From the NCBI GenBank assembly GCA_963575745.1, contig CAUYUJ010000271.1:1-64000 (forward strand): DNA of 64,000 nucleotides, read 5' to 3'. Below the pieces are notes generated by a model that was not told the origin of the DNA, ran no database searches, and saw only the letters and a list, made by a program, of their open reading frames with translations. The first letter of the stretch is position 1; every line of letters starts with the position of its first letter. This document shows, one piece after another, positions 51,043 to 64,000 of the stretch. The stretch comes from Prorocentrum cordatum (Eukaryota). The translations under genes were made by a program, and so were the position numbers.

Positions 51043-51388
51043 ACACACACACACACAACACACACACAGCACACACACACACACAACACACACACGCACA
51101 CGCACACGCACGCACACACGCACACGCACACGCACACGCACACGCACACGCACACACGCGGACACACTCACACAGACACACACACACAGACACAGACGCA
51201 GACACAGACACAGACACACATACAGACACACGCAGACATGCACAGACAGACATACAGACAAACAAACAAACAGACACACACACAAGCACACACACACACA
51301 CACACGCACGCACGCAGCTCGCAGACACACACACACACACACACACACAACACACACAACGCACTCTACACAACAACACACAAACACA

Positions 51389-51419
<31 letters not shown>

Positions 51420-52171
51420 GCGCCACGCACGCACGCCACCACGCAACTCACGCACTCACACACACACACACACACACACCACAAACACAACCACCACACG
51501 CACGCAAGCACGCAAGCACGCAAGCACGCGCACACAAAAACTCCGCACGCACGCACGCACGCACTTGCGCACGCACGCACGCACGCACACAACCCAACAC
51601 ACACCCACACACACAACCCCCACACACACGACACACACACACAACACACAACACACAACACACCACACACAACACGCCCACCACACACACACACACACAA
51701 TCACACACACAACAACACACACACCACACCCAGCCACACAACACACAACACACACCAATTCACCACCCACACACCACAGACACCCACACACACACACACA
51801 ACACACACACAGCACACAACACACACAACACACAACACACACACACACACACGACACACAAAACACACACACACACAACACGCCCAACACACAATACACA
51901 CCACACAACACACACAATACACACAACACACAACACACACACACATCAATACACACTACACACAACACACACAACACACATACACAACACACACACACAA
52001 CACACACACACTCAACACACAACACACACACACACAACACATAACACACATTACACACACACACACACACACACGCGCGCATTACACACAACAAACACAA
52101 CACACAACACACACAACACACACACACACACAACACACACACACACACGACACACACAACACACACACACA

Positions 52172-52222
<51 letters not shown>
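51000..52222. repeat. Degenerate (CA)n tract, ~1.2 kb
   Basis: Visible tract. Confidence 0.95.
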
Positions 52223-55200
52223 TCAGCACCCCAGAGGCGGGATGAGAAAGGAGACTGGGCTTGGGATGGGGGAAGGTGAGGGTGGGATTGGGGCATGGGC
52301 GGCGCGATCATCGGAGCACCGACTGAACCCAAGCCTGGAAGCCCGAAACGCTGTCGCGCTCTGCCGTGGTTGGCCCAGAGGCGACAGAGCGGCTGAAGCG
52401 GCAGGCCCCCTTGCACCTGTCGGTCCCACGAGCCTTGCGGCGAGGGGGGCGGGCGCCAGCCCGTGATGAGCAGGTCTGTGGTTCGGTGCTACAGCTCGCC
52501 AGGTACACCTTGCTTCTGCAAGCCGTCTCTGAATGGTATGAGCGGGCGGGCACACCAAAGAGGTGCCTCGAACCCGCTCGCAGCTCAGTCCAGAAGCCTC
52601 CGTTAGCAGGCGTTGCACTCCCATTGGAAGAGAGAGCGGCGCACGCCTCGCCAAGGCTTCACGCTAGTACAGGTGACTGCATCGGCGCAGGGGCGAGCAG
52701 CGATACTCGGCCGTGGGGTTGGCAGGGGTGGTGAGCAGGGGGGAGGGTCAGGAGGAAAAGGAACGGGAAGATGACGGTGCGGCCGCGCTTCGGCCCGTGG
52801 CCTTCCAGTTGTCGGCCAGCATGCAAATGTCCCACGGCCCGAGCTTCTTCTTGACCTTTTCCAGATTCCTCTTCACCTGGGGTTCCCAGCTGCGCTCCCC
52901 TCTCCTTCTGCTTCTCCTCCTCCGTTTCTTTCACCATTGCCCTCTCTTCTTTTCCTCCGTCTCCTGATCCTCTTCCGCCGACTGCTCGTGATGTTTTTCC
53001 TCCTCCTCCTCCTTCTCCTCCTCCTCATCTTTCTCCTCCTCCTTCTCCTCCTACTCTTCCTCCCCCTCCTCATCCTCCTCCTCCTCCTCCTCCTCCTCCT
53101 CCTCCTCCTCCTCCTCCTCCTCCTCCTCTTGACGAGCTGAAGCGCTGAATACGATGCAGCCCGTCGAGCGTTGCCCTCCCCCCCAGGGCCCGTTGGCCTT
53201 GGGGTTTGATCTAACGACTGAAACAGGTGGGTTCCCCCACTGGCTGGGTGAACAATAACAACAAAAAAAGACGAGAACCTATGGAACGCAAGAACTCATA
53301 ACCTCGATGGGGGGTAAACAGTAGGGGCGCCGAGGTAGCGTGGCGGCATGCGGCGTGGCGGTGCGAGGCAGCGCTGAACGGGCATGTGGCGTTGGCTGCG
53401 GCAACGGAGCGTGGCCAGGCCACACCCGCAAAAACGGAAGGCACCAGGGGCTCCCGCCCTACCCAGGAGAAGCCCCGAACGACGGCTCAGGCCCGCCGCG
53501 CCCGCCAAGGCAGGCGCAGGTGTCCCGAGGCAGGGACTGGAGGCCGCCGTGGGGTTTACACCGGGTGTGGGCGAGGTTTGTGCCTTCCGCGGCGGCGGCC
53601 GTGTAGCGGCGGCGGTGGTGCCAGCAGCCGCCCTGGCCATCGCCATGGCAGCCAGCGGCTCTTCCCTTCCATCCCTCTCAAATCCCTTCCACTACCTGGT
53701 AGAAGTCTGCCAGGTGGGAAAGAGGTGGCGGGCGGCGTGTGGCAGTGCAGCGGCCGGCTACATACGCCAAAGTGGAAGGCGCACAGGCGTCTCCCCATGC
53801 CGGTAGGAATCCCCAATAGGTGTCCACCATTCTTACGACGGGGGCCCTCGCGCGCAAGCAGGCGTAGGAGTCCCCAGCGGAGGACTGATGGCCGCCTGTG
53901 GGGCTTCGTGTCGGCACGGGGGAGGTCTGCGCCTTCCGTGGCGGCGGCCGCGGGAGAAAGCGTGGCGTTGGCGGTGGGGCATCGCTGGCAATGGGAGGCG
54001 GTGGCTTGCGGCGCTGCTGACAGCGGCCGCCCTGGCCATCGCCTGGGCAGCCAGCGCCGGCGCGCGGCTCCGCGCCCCGCGCTAGCCCCCCCACCACACC
54101 TGTGACCCCCAGAGGTAGGAGCTGAGGACGCTGGGTGGTTAAAGCACGCTGAATTGGTTAGCGAGATATCGGGAGAGGTAGCCACCGTTCCCTCGGCGTT
54201 GTGGACTGCGCCGCTGGTTTTTCCAAGGTAGCCGTCGGCGTGTCTGCAACTGTTTCAGTTGCTGCTGAGCCACACTGGCGCAGGTTGAGGAGGTCGCAAA
54301 CGAGAAGAATGGAACGGAGGGACACACGGCGTACGACGAAGGAGAAAGGGAGAAGGAGAACGTGCTGCCAACAGCAACGCGCCCACGGCTCCTTTCAGCT
54401 GGCATCGACCTGTCGTCTTGTTTTGCTTGACGATCCGTTTCGGCGGAAGAAAGAGGAGGGAGGGAAGGAGGGACACCCACGGCGGACGACGGAAAGGAGG
54501 GAGAAGGGGGAACGCATGCTAGAAGCGGCAAGCCCGCAACTCTGGCTGGCATCAGGGCGCCGCTGTTCCAGAGCGCGCCCGCGACAGCTCCGAAAACGTA
54601 GCTGGCAGAACAGACGAGAGAGCTGGCAGAATAACATCGTGAATGCTCACCAAAAATGCGGTCGTCCTGAGATGCAGAAGGGCGAACGAAGCTAGCGGGA
54701 AAACGGGACATGCGTATGCATGGTGATCCTTTGCACGCCAATGGTTCACGTCCAAATCTGCGCTGCGTCGTGCAGCTGGGTTGCCCGGAGGTGGCCGCGC
54801 ACGGTTTCCCGAAGAGCATGCTTCATGGCTTCCGCCGCAGCGGGGCCACGGCGGAGGCGGCCGCGCCTGCACCGGCAACGGGCCCTGTAAGCCGCAGCCG
54901 CCCGCAAGGCCGCGAGGGCCGCCGCGTCGGCGTCGGCCTGCGCGCCGAATTCAACCCCGAGGAAGTTCGCCGGGCGAGCCGCCGGTGCCCCCAGCGGCGG
55001 CAGCCCGAGCTCCGCCGCGGCCACCGCGCTCGCGCAGCGGCAGCCCGCGCAGTGTCCCAGCGAGTCGGCCGCGTCCGTGGCGCATAAAAGTATGCAACCG
55101 GGAAGGCCCTCGCGGCCCCGAGTACGACGGGCTGCCGGTCACCCGTTCCACATGGCTCGCCAGACCGCCGCCCACACGCGAGGCGGAACCCGCTTGCCCA

Positions 55201-55802
55201 GGGTTCGGAGGTAGCGGGTGCCGTGCGCAGTGCGCGCCTGAGGGGGCCGCTCCACCCGCCAACGTCCCAGCTCGTGCCAGACGCGGGGTTCCAGATCCCC
55301 TTGCCGCGCCAACCGTACCCACGCTGCGGCATGGCGTTGGAACTGTCGCCGGACGCGTCGATCCTCAAGCCGCGTGAGCGGTCTCGCGATGATGCCTCTC
55401 AGGATGCGTGCTTCCGCTCATGGCGCTGGCATTGTGGAAGCGTGGGGAAGATGTCCTGGTGGTTGTTGTGCGCTGTGGTGTGTTTCGAAATGTTCTCGTG
55501 CAGCTGCGATTTTGAGCAGCGTGCGTCCTGCTGCTCGTTCTCGACGTTCACGTCGGTGCCACGCTGGCTTCCAGGTGGAAGTCGTGGTGCTGCTGCGTAC
55601 CGATGTCGGAGTCGATGCCACCTGAACCTGAGCGTGCCAGAAATAACGAAAGAGGTAGATACTTATCCTGCGACGTACCCGACCCTTTCTACACAAGTGG
55701 CAAGTGCATTCAGGACCACTCAATACCGAAGGACATTTCGGCGCCATGGTATAATGGTGATCTGCGTAGGACGTACCTCCGCTGAGCCTCCCAGAAGCCC
55801 AT

Positions 55803-57037
55803 GCGCGCCAGGTGAGCCAAACGCGCCAGGTGCGCCAGGTGCGCCAGTGGCGCGCCAGTTGCGCCAGGTGCGCCAGGTGCGCCAGGTGCGCCAGGCGCGC
55901 CACGTGAGCCAGGTGCGCCAGGTGTGCGCCAGGTGTGCGCCAGGTGCGCCTAGCGCGCCAGGTGCGCCAGGTGTGCGCCAGGTGTGCGCCAGGTGTGCGC
56001 CAGGTGTGCGCCAGGTGCGCCAGATGCGCAAGGTGCGCCAGGTGCGCCAGGTGTGCGCCAGGTGCGCGCCAGGCGCGCCAGGTGCGCCAGGTGCGCCAGT
56101 TGCGCCAGGCGCGCCAGTTGTGCCATACGCGCCAGGCGCGCCAGGTGCGCCAGGTGCGCCAGGTGTGCCAGGTGCGTCAGGTGCGCCCAGCGCGCCAGGT
56201 GCACCAGGTGCGCGCCAGGTGCTCCCAGCGCGCCAGGTGCGCCAGGTGCGCCCAGCGCGTCAGGTGCGCGCCAGGTGCGCGCCAGGTGCGCGCCAGGCGC
56301 GCGCCAGGTGCGCCAGGTGCGGCAGGTGTGCGCCACGTGTGCGCCAGGTGCGCGCCAGGTGCGCCAGGTGCGCCAGGTGCGCCAGGTGTGCCAGGTGCGC
56401 CAGTTGCGCCAGGCGCGCCAGGCGAGCCAGGTGCGCCATGTGCGCCAGGTGCGACAGGTGCGCCAGGTGCGCCAGGTGCGCCAGGTGCGACAGGCGCGCC
56501 AGGTGCGCCAGGTCTGCGCTAGGTGTGGCAGGTGCGCCAGGTGCGCCCAGCGCGCCAGGTGCGCCAGGTGCGCCAGATGCACCAGGTGTGCCAGGTGTGC
56601 GCTAGGTGTGCGCCAGGTGCGCGCCAGGCGCGCCAGGTGCGTCAGTTGCACCAGGCGCGCCAGGCGCGTCAGGTGCGCCAGGTGCGCCAGATGCGGCAGG
56701 TGCGACAGGTGCGTCAGGTGCGCCCAGCGCGCCAGGTGCGCGCCAGGTGCGCCCAGCGCGTCAGGTGCGCCAGGTGCGCCCAGCGCGCCAGGTGCGCGCC
56801 AGGTGCGCGCCAGGTGCGCGCCAGGTGCACGCCAGGGGTGCGCCAGGTGCGCCAGGTGCGCGCCAGGTGCGCCACGTGCGCCAGGTGCGCGCCAGGTGCG
56901 CCAGGTGCGACAGGTGCGACAGGTGCGCGCCAGGTGCGCGCCAGGTGCGCCCAGCGCGTCAGGTGCGTCAGGTGCGCCCAGCGCGCCAGGTGCGCGCCAG
57001 GTGCGCCAGGTGCGCCAGGTGCGCGCCAGGTGCGCCA
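55803..57037. repeat. GCGCCAGGT 9/11-bp minisatellite array, ~1.2 kb
   Basis: Over 100 variant copies of gcgccaggt / gcgcgccaggt. Confidence 0.95.
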
Positions 57038-57548
57038 AGGGGACAGGGAGGCCTCAGAGTGGTCTGCGTAAGACGCACCTCCGCTGGGCCTCCCAGGAAC
57101 CCACGAAAGTGGCGACAGTTGCGCAGATCGCAGCCCCGCAGGGGACAGGGAGGCCTCAAAGTGGTCTGCGTAAGACGTACCTCCGCTGGGCCTCCCAGGA
57201 ACCCACGAAAGTGGCGACAGTTGCGCAGATCGCAGCCCCGCAGGGGACAGGGAGGCCTCAAAGTGATCTGCGTAAGCCGCACCCCCGCTGGGCCTCTCAG
57301 GAGCCCACGAAAGTGTCGACAGTTGCGCAGATCGCAGCCCCCCAGGGGACAGGGAGGCCTCCAAGTGATCTGCGTAAGACGCACCTCCGCTGGGCCTCCC
57401 AGGAACCCACGAAAGTGGCGACAGTTGCGCAGATCGCAGCCCCGCAGGGGACAGGGAGGCCCCAAAGTGATCTGCGTAAGACGTACCTCCGCTGGGCCTC
57501 CACCCAGGAACCCAAGAAGTGGCGACGTGGCGCAGCATCGCAGCCCCC
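57038..57548. repeat. 102-bp tandem repeat x5
   Basis: aggggacagggaggcc at 57038, 57140, 57242, 57344, 57446. Confidence 0.95.
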
Positions 57549-58506
57549 CGAGCCCCCCCAGGCTCACCGCGAACACAGGAGAAGAAGAAGAGGAAGAGGG
57601 CGGGAGGTAGATACACAGCCTTCTATTTCCAAAACATACCTAACAGCAAGGAGGGTTGGAAACATTAATGTAGCGCAAATGTAATGTAGCAGTTTATGTC
57701 CTAGTTGCTGGTGCGCAGGGACGCCCCCCTGAGGGCGGGTACCCGCGCTGGCTGCCGCCCGAATTGCCTTCGGGCACGCGGCTCTCCTCCTCCTCTCTCC
57801 TCCTCCTCCTCCCCTCCTCCTCCTCCTCCTCCTCCTCCTCCTCCTCCTCCTCCTCCTCTCCTCCTCCTCCTCCCCTCCTCCTCCTCCTCCTCCTCCTCCT
57901 CCTCCTCTCCTCTCCTCCTCCTCCTCCTCCTCCTCCTCCTTCCTCCTCCTCCTCCTCCTCCTCCTCCTCCTCCTCCTCCTCCTCCCTCTCCTCCTCTTCC
58001 TCCTCCTCCTCCTCACTTTCCTCCTCTTCCTCGTGACGCTTTCCCTCCATTCACTCATGCGCTCTTCGCGCGCTGATGCGAGTGGGCCGCCGCAAACGAC
58101 GACCAGCTGGCCGAACGCATCAGGACAACCGTGCTTGTCGCGAGCCCCGGCCGAGCGAATCGCAGCTGGCAAACCCAGGTCCGCGGAGGGAGGGTGGGCG
58201 GGGTCGGCTCCACGTGCCCCCCAAATCTGGGTCAGCCAGAGGCGCTCAGAGGAGATCGACTGACCCCCCAGGAGCGGCTTAGCGCTGACCCCTGTTACGT
58301 GACCTCGGCTACGCGACAGAGTGACCCTGCGCAAGAGTGACCTCTGGCGCGCGGTTTTCGGGGGCCGCGGGGAGGCCGAGCCCGACCGCACTCGCCGCTG
58401 TCGCACCGCACCAGCTGCTGCCGCATCGCGCCCAGCGATCGGGGGGCCCCTGGGCCCGCACCCAAGGTCACTCTGGCGAAGGGCCACTCTCACGAGCAGC
58501 CGATGA

Positions 58507-58692
58507 TGACGAACGAGCAACACACACCCATACCCATAGGGGGGTCGTTGGGAGGAGGACTGGCTACGGGTATGGGTGCGGGTTGTCGGACCCTGGGGAA
58601 CGCTCCCGTTCGAGCGGGGACCCCCCTCCGACAACACGCACCCATAGCCCTCTCCGATCCCCCTATGGGTATGGGTGTGTGTTGGTTCGTCA
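58507..58692. mobile_element. Nested-palindrome MITE with 5-bp TSD GATGA
   Basis: gatga|tgacgaac..acacacccatacccataggggg ... ccccctatgggtatgggtgtgtgttggttcgtca|gatga; inner arms tatgggtgcgggttgtcgga / tccgacaacacgcacccata. Confidence 0.82.
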
Positions 58693-60296
58693 GATGAGCT
58701 CCGACCCGCCAGCGACGCTCCAGGCCCGGTGCCGCGCCCCCGCCGGCCAGCAGCCGGCCGCCGCAGGGCGCCCGCCGCCGCGGGCCGCCCGTCGGGCCTC
58801 CGCCGCGCCCCCCGGGCCTGTCGGCAGCCCTGCCGCGGAGCGCGGCCGCCCCGCCTGCGCGCGCCGGCGCGCGCCTGCGCGCAGCGGCCCGCCGGGCGCG
58901 CCGCCTCCCCGCGGCCCACTCGAGGGTGCCCGAACGGCCCCGCGGGGGCGGACCCCGGCCACTTCGCGAGGAGGGAAAGTTTCTCTGCCCCGGAGGAGGA
59001 AGGAGGGGAGAGGAGGAGGAGGCGGAGGAGGAGGAGGAGGAGGAGGAGAGGAGGAGGAGGAGGAGGAGGAGGAGGAGGAGGAGGAGAGGAGGAGGAGTAG
59101 GAGGAGGAGAGGAGGAGGAGGAGGAGGAGGATGAGGAGGAGGCGGAGGGAGGAGGAGGAGGAGGAGGGAGGAGGAGGAGGAGGCGCGCTCGGTGGGCCGC
59201 CCTCGAGGGCGCTCTGGGCCCGCGGGGGGCGCGCCGCGCCGCCCGGGAGGCCGCGCCCTGGGCAGCGGCGGGCCCCCGCTCGCCCGCCGCCGGCCCGCCC
59301 TCCTCGGCGGGGCGCACGGCGGGGCTGCGGGCGTCCCGGCGGCCCCTCGGTGGAGGGGCGCTGCTCCTCCTCGCCCTGCTGCGCCTCCCTCCTTCGCAGG
59401 CCTAGAGATTGACACCAACACCAATTTCGGCGGTGTGCCTCCACCGAAGGAAGAAGATCCCGATCTCGGTGATGGTGGTCATATTCTGGCTTCCAAGGTG
59501 GCCGAACTATTACCACCAACACCGAAAATCTAGGATCACCTTCCCCCTGTGGAGGCAACCCCCTGTCTTGGTGTTGGTGCCAATTTCCAGGCCTCCGACT
59601 CCTCCCTCCTCCCCGGCCCGTCGCCGTCCAGCTCCTGGAGGTCCCGCGGAGGCCTCCTGGAGGCCCCGGCCCAGAGATCCAACGCACTGAAAAGATCAAG
59701 ACGGAGGTGTTTCGTATTTTTCGGCCTCGAGGAACCCTCGCCGGGCCCCGGGACCGTCAAAAAACGACTCAGGATGAGAAACCGGTCCTGGGGAATGGGT
59801 CGAGACTTCTGGGGACCCCCGATTGAAAAAATCACGACATCGGATCTCTGGCAGATGGAGCCAAGCAACCTCCCAGATGCGCCCCAGAAACGTCCCGCCC
59901 GGCCCCGGCCTGCTCAAAACTGGCCCCTCGGACCCCTCCCTGGGCCCGTTCTAATCAGTTCCTCGAGCCGCAGCGACGAGGAGGCCCTCCGAGGGCCCAA
60001 GCCCGAGGCACTGAGGAGGGCCGCTGACGTCTCGCTTGGCCCTCCTCCGGAGGAGCGGCGCAGGGCAGGCAGGCGCTCGAGCCAGCGGGGCCGCGGGCCG
60101 CGAGGGGGCGGTGGCCTCCTCGTGGGTCGCGAGCCGCCAGTCCGCGGGGAGCGCCGTGCGACTGCTCTCCTCGAAGCCGCGCACCTGGAGGGAAGGGAGT
60201 GGCGGTCGGGAGCGGCGAGGAGGTTTGGTTCAAGAAGGGTGATGCCGACGTTCTGTTGTATCCTCGGGGGACCTTGTCTGTCCCGTCGCGGCCCCG

Positions 60297-60405
60297 TCCG
60301 CGTCGAATCCGCGTCGAATCCATGTCGGACGCGTCAGATCCGTGCCGAATCCGTATCGAATCCGCGTCGAATCCACGCCAAATCCGCGTCGAGTCCGCAT
60401 CGAGC
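60297..60405. repeat. 11-bp minisatellite (CCGCGTCGAAT)
   Basis: About 9 variant copies. Confidence 0.85.
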
Positions 60406-62689
60406 ACGCGTCGGGCCCCCAAAAAGACACCAATGTTGGGGACAGGCGAGGCCCCCCGAAGATGCAACAGAACCGACGGCTGCTGGGCGCGGGCCTCGGC
60501 TCTGGCGAGACGAGCCTTGTCCCACGAGCTATCCTCTGGCAGCCTCCGAGGCGGAGGAGGGCAAGGGGCGAAGAGGGTCGTTCTTGCCGACGCCTCTGAT
60601 CACTTACCGTGACAGGCCAAGAACACGAAAGACGGCCCTGCATCACGGATCACGGCGAGAGGGGAACGTGTATCGATGAAGAAGCTCGGGCACGCTTGAC
60701 GAGGAGGGTCGAGGAGAGCGGGGGGTCGAGTTGCGCGCAGACAGCCCCCCGAGGTAGTCCCGGCTGGCCTCACCAGGCCCCCCGAATGGTCCACGGGCGG
60801 TCTCGCTCCCGGGGCGCGGCCGAAAGCGGCGCCATGGTGGCGACAGCACTGCACTACTCGGGGGTCCTGCTGAGGCCAGCCGGGACTACATGGAGGGCTG
60901 CCTGCGCGCAGCCCGAAGCCTTGCTGGTCGAAGATCATGGCTCTTGGAACATGTTCTCACTTCTTGGGGGTCTCCAGGAGGCTTCTCGTCGCCATTGCTG
61001 TATCTGCCTCGAACTGCTGGTCGAAGCGCGCCTCAGTCTGGAGGTGTCCACGCGCTTTGAAGGACTGTCGGCCCAGGGGGGGGGGCAGAGGCAGAAGGGG
61101 CGGGCCTCCCAAGAGGGCTCGGAAAGCCTCCGGCCTCCTGGAACGCTTTCGAAACCTCCTCCGAAACTGCAGAGGCTTTCTCAGAGAGTCGGAGGGCTTT
61201 CAGGATGATGGGTCGACTGTCCACCACCACTACCAGAGGTAGGAGGAGGAGGAGGAGGAGGAGGAGGAGGAGGAGGAGGGGAGTAGGAGGAGGAGGAAGG
61301 AGGAGGGGAAGGGTAGCGGAGGGGGAGGATGAGTAGAGGAGGGCGAGGGAGGAGGAGGAGGGGGGAGGGTGTGAGGAGGAGAGGAGCGAGGAGTCGAGAG
61401 TAGGATTAGTCTTATTAGGCGTAGGAGGAGGAGGCTTATTAGATGAATAGGTATGAGGAGAGGTGAAAGGAGGAGGAGGAGGAGGAGGAGGGGGCAAACC
61501 CGACTCAACTCTGGGTGGAGGGCCCACGCCGTGAGGAGGCGCCGCCGGACGAGAGCCAGCTGGCGGGGCCCTCGCGGTCTGCCTCGGGCTCGCTCTCTCG
61601 GGCAGGCCGCGGGCGGGCCTGGGCAGAAGCAGCCGGCGAGCTCGGGCCACTGAGGACCTGCTCCTCCTCCTCCTCCTCCTCCTCTTCCTCCTCCTCCTCC
61701 GCCTCCTCCTCCTTCTCGTCCTCCTCCTCCTCCGCCTCCTCCTCCTCCTCCTCCTCCCCCTCCTCCTCCTCCTCCTCCTCGGGCCCCAGCCCAGGAGTCT
61801 CGAGGGCGGCTCGGGAGCAGAGGCTCGAAGCGCTGGCCCTTTCGCCCTCGGACTCGTGGCCGTGGAAGCCGGCGTCGGGCTCCCGGGGCCGGCGGAGAAA
61901 ACTGCTCACGGTGAGGTGCTGGCCCAGGTGAGGGGGTCGAGGGCTTCGAGGCTCCGCGTCCACGCAAGAAGCCAGACCGAGCTACTAGACCAGATGCCGA
62001 TCTCAGGATAGGGAAATGTTCTTCGCAAGGTTCCCATGGGGGCGTCGTAGGTAACAACGAATACGCCTATATGACGCGTTCTGGCGCTGCACCCGGCCGA
62101 TCCTCTTGCCAGACGCTGTGCTGGCTGAGCCTCTATGCCTCCAGGCCCGACCGCAGGAAGTGCGCCTGCCGTATGCAGCCGAAGTGTCCAGAGACTGAGG
62201 AGCTACGCAAACACGGTTCCGGATCACACAGCATGCCGCCAGTCGAGGTGGTCCCACAGACGCGGATGGCGATGGTGACCAGCCCTGAGTGGGCCGAGCG
62301 GGTCCGACAGGTGCACTTCTCTGAATCTGTCTTGGGCCCGCATGCCAGCCTAACATGCATCGGCAACAGCACCTGCAATTTCCCGTACTGTGGGAAGGGA
62401 GGAGGAAGACCAGACTCCGTCGACCGCCGCTTGCTGGGATTTAGGAGGCGTGTGAGGCTTGGCTGTTTCGCCGGCCTGAAGATGGCCCAAGAAGCTCCGA
62501 AAACGTTCCAAGAGGGTTCCAAGGAGGATCCCCAAGAGACACTCAAGAGGCACGACACATTGATGTTACGGAGTTGTTTCCCCACATCTTGAATGGGGTT
62601 CTTGTCTTCCCGAACCATCCTCCTGATCCTCCTCTTCCTCCTTCTCCTCCTCCTCCTCCTCCTCCTCATCATCATCCTCATCCTACGCC

Positions 62690-63600
62690 TCCCCCTCCTC
62701 CCATTCTCCTTCGCTCCTCCTGCATGCGCTGATCGTGCGACTCCCACCATTATGCTTCTCCTTCGTGCCATTCCCACCCCTGCACGATTCTCACTCAATG
62801 ATGCCCCACCAGCCCCACCAACCATCAACTACAGGAATCCCACCAGTATCCCGACAATCCTCCCAATCTTCTGGCCCCACCAGTACCATGTTTCCCCCTC
62901 CAAGGAGGCCGCGTCGGAACGCACGGGCTGTGTAGGTGCCGTGTTATCGATCAGGGGTCGTGCCCGTCCCGCTCCACTGGCCCGACCAGTAACATGTTTC
63001 CCCTCCAAAATGGCGGCGTCGAAAAGTGCGGGCTATGCAAATATTGGGTTCGTTCCCACATCCCGACTGGGCCTCTTGTTCCCCACATCCCGATTGAGAT
63101 GCCACATCCCGATTGAGATGCTTGCTTTCCCTAAGCAGCCTCTCTATACTTCTCCTCCTCCTCCTCCTCCTCCTCCTCCTCCTCCTCCTCCTCCTCCTCC
63201 TCCTCCTCCTCCCGCTCATCCTCCCATCCTCATTCACTCATCCTGCATGTACTGATCGTGCCATTCGCACCATTCTCATCCTCGTTCACTCCTCCTGCGT
63301 GCGCTAATCGTAACGTTCTCATTGCTGCACGATTCCCACTCCACGATCACCCACCAGCTCCATACACCACCAGCTCCAGGAATGCCACTAACACTCCAAT
63401 AGTCCTTCCAACCCGCCAGTGCCACCAATACCACGCTTCCATCTCCAATGAGGCCGCACCGGACCACAAGTGCTATGCGGATACTGTGTTATTGATCCAG
63501 GCTCGCATCCTTCCCAGTCCACCAGCCCCACCAATATCACGTTTCTTCCTCCAGGGTGGCCGCTTCGGACTGCACAGGCTGTGCGGATACCCTGTTATGT
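62690..63600. repeat. Diverged ~360-390-bp duplication separated by (CCT)n
   Basis: 62690-63050 is colinear with 63210-63600. Confidence 0.7.
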
Positions 63601-64000
63601 ATCAGGGGTGGAGGAAGGTCGAGACTCTTGGGCATCTTTGCCTCGTGATACCTCCAGGAGACCTCTGGAGGAGAGGGATGAAGGAAAAAAGGGGGATAAA
63701 GAACTGATGAAGCTGGCAGGCCACATGGAGGCCTCCAGGAGCCCAGCAGGGGCCAAACACATCCAAAGGCATGAATCCTAGAAGCTCCTCCTGCTGGCAC
63801 TCTTCCCTCCTCCTCCTCCTCCTCCTCCTCCTCCTCCTCCTCCTCCTCCTCCTCCTCCTCCTCCTCCTCCTCCGCCTCCGCCTCCGCCTCCGCCTCCTCC
63901 TCCCCTCCGCCTCCTCGCCCCTCCCTCCTCCTCCTCCTCCTCCTCCTCCTCCTCCTCCTCCTCCTCCTCCTCCTCCTCCTCCTCCCCTCTCCTCCTCGGG

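Noticed and set aside
55223..57684. Collagen-like (GAP)n protein
   Set aside because: Mixed 9- and 11-bp units keep shifting frame among GAP, RQV and ARC, which fits a noncoding minisatellite.

Overview
GC-rich, microsatellite-saturated eukaryotic DNA. The GA/GC/GT-AG introns, a relict dinoflagellate spliced leader (SL) and the repeat content suggest a dinoflagellate (Prorocentrum-like; inference). Almost all long ORFs in the track are shadows of simple repeats or antisense frames. Supportable content: (1) the last exons of a minus-strand gene (324-2128); (2) an intronless Merlin/IS1595-type transposase ORF (8357-5364, minus) with one in-frame TAG, a relict SL 69 nt upstream of its ATG and a 12-bp flanking direct repeat, so apparently a retroposed mRNA copy of a DNA transposase; (3) a decayed CRE-like non-LTR retrotransposon with RT and restriction-like endonuclease (~14.85-19.03 kb); (4) a long, fragmented minus-strand membrane-protein gene with a sphingomyelin/IPC-synthase-like PAP2 domain followed by an XK-like region (~42-24 kb); (5) three CCAAGA-rich non-autonomous elements inserted precisely at A|T with Helitron-like ends, two inside that gene; (6) many MITEs/palindromes, satellites and two tRNA-like A/B-box repeats. 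All splice models and family calls come from reading the sequence by eye, with no transcript or database check.
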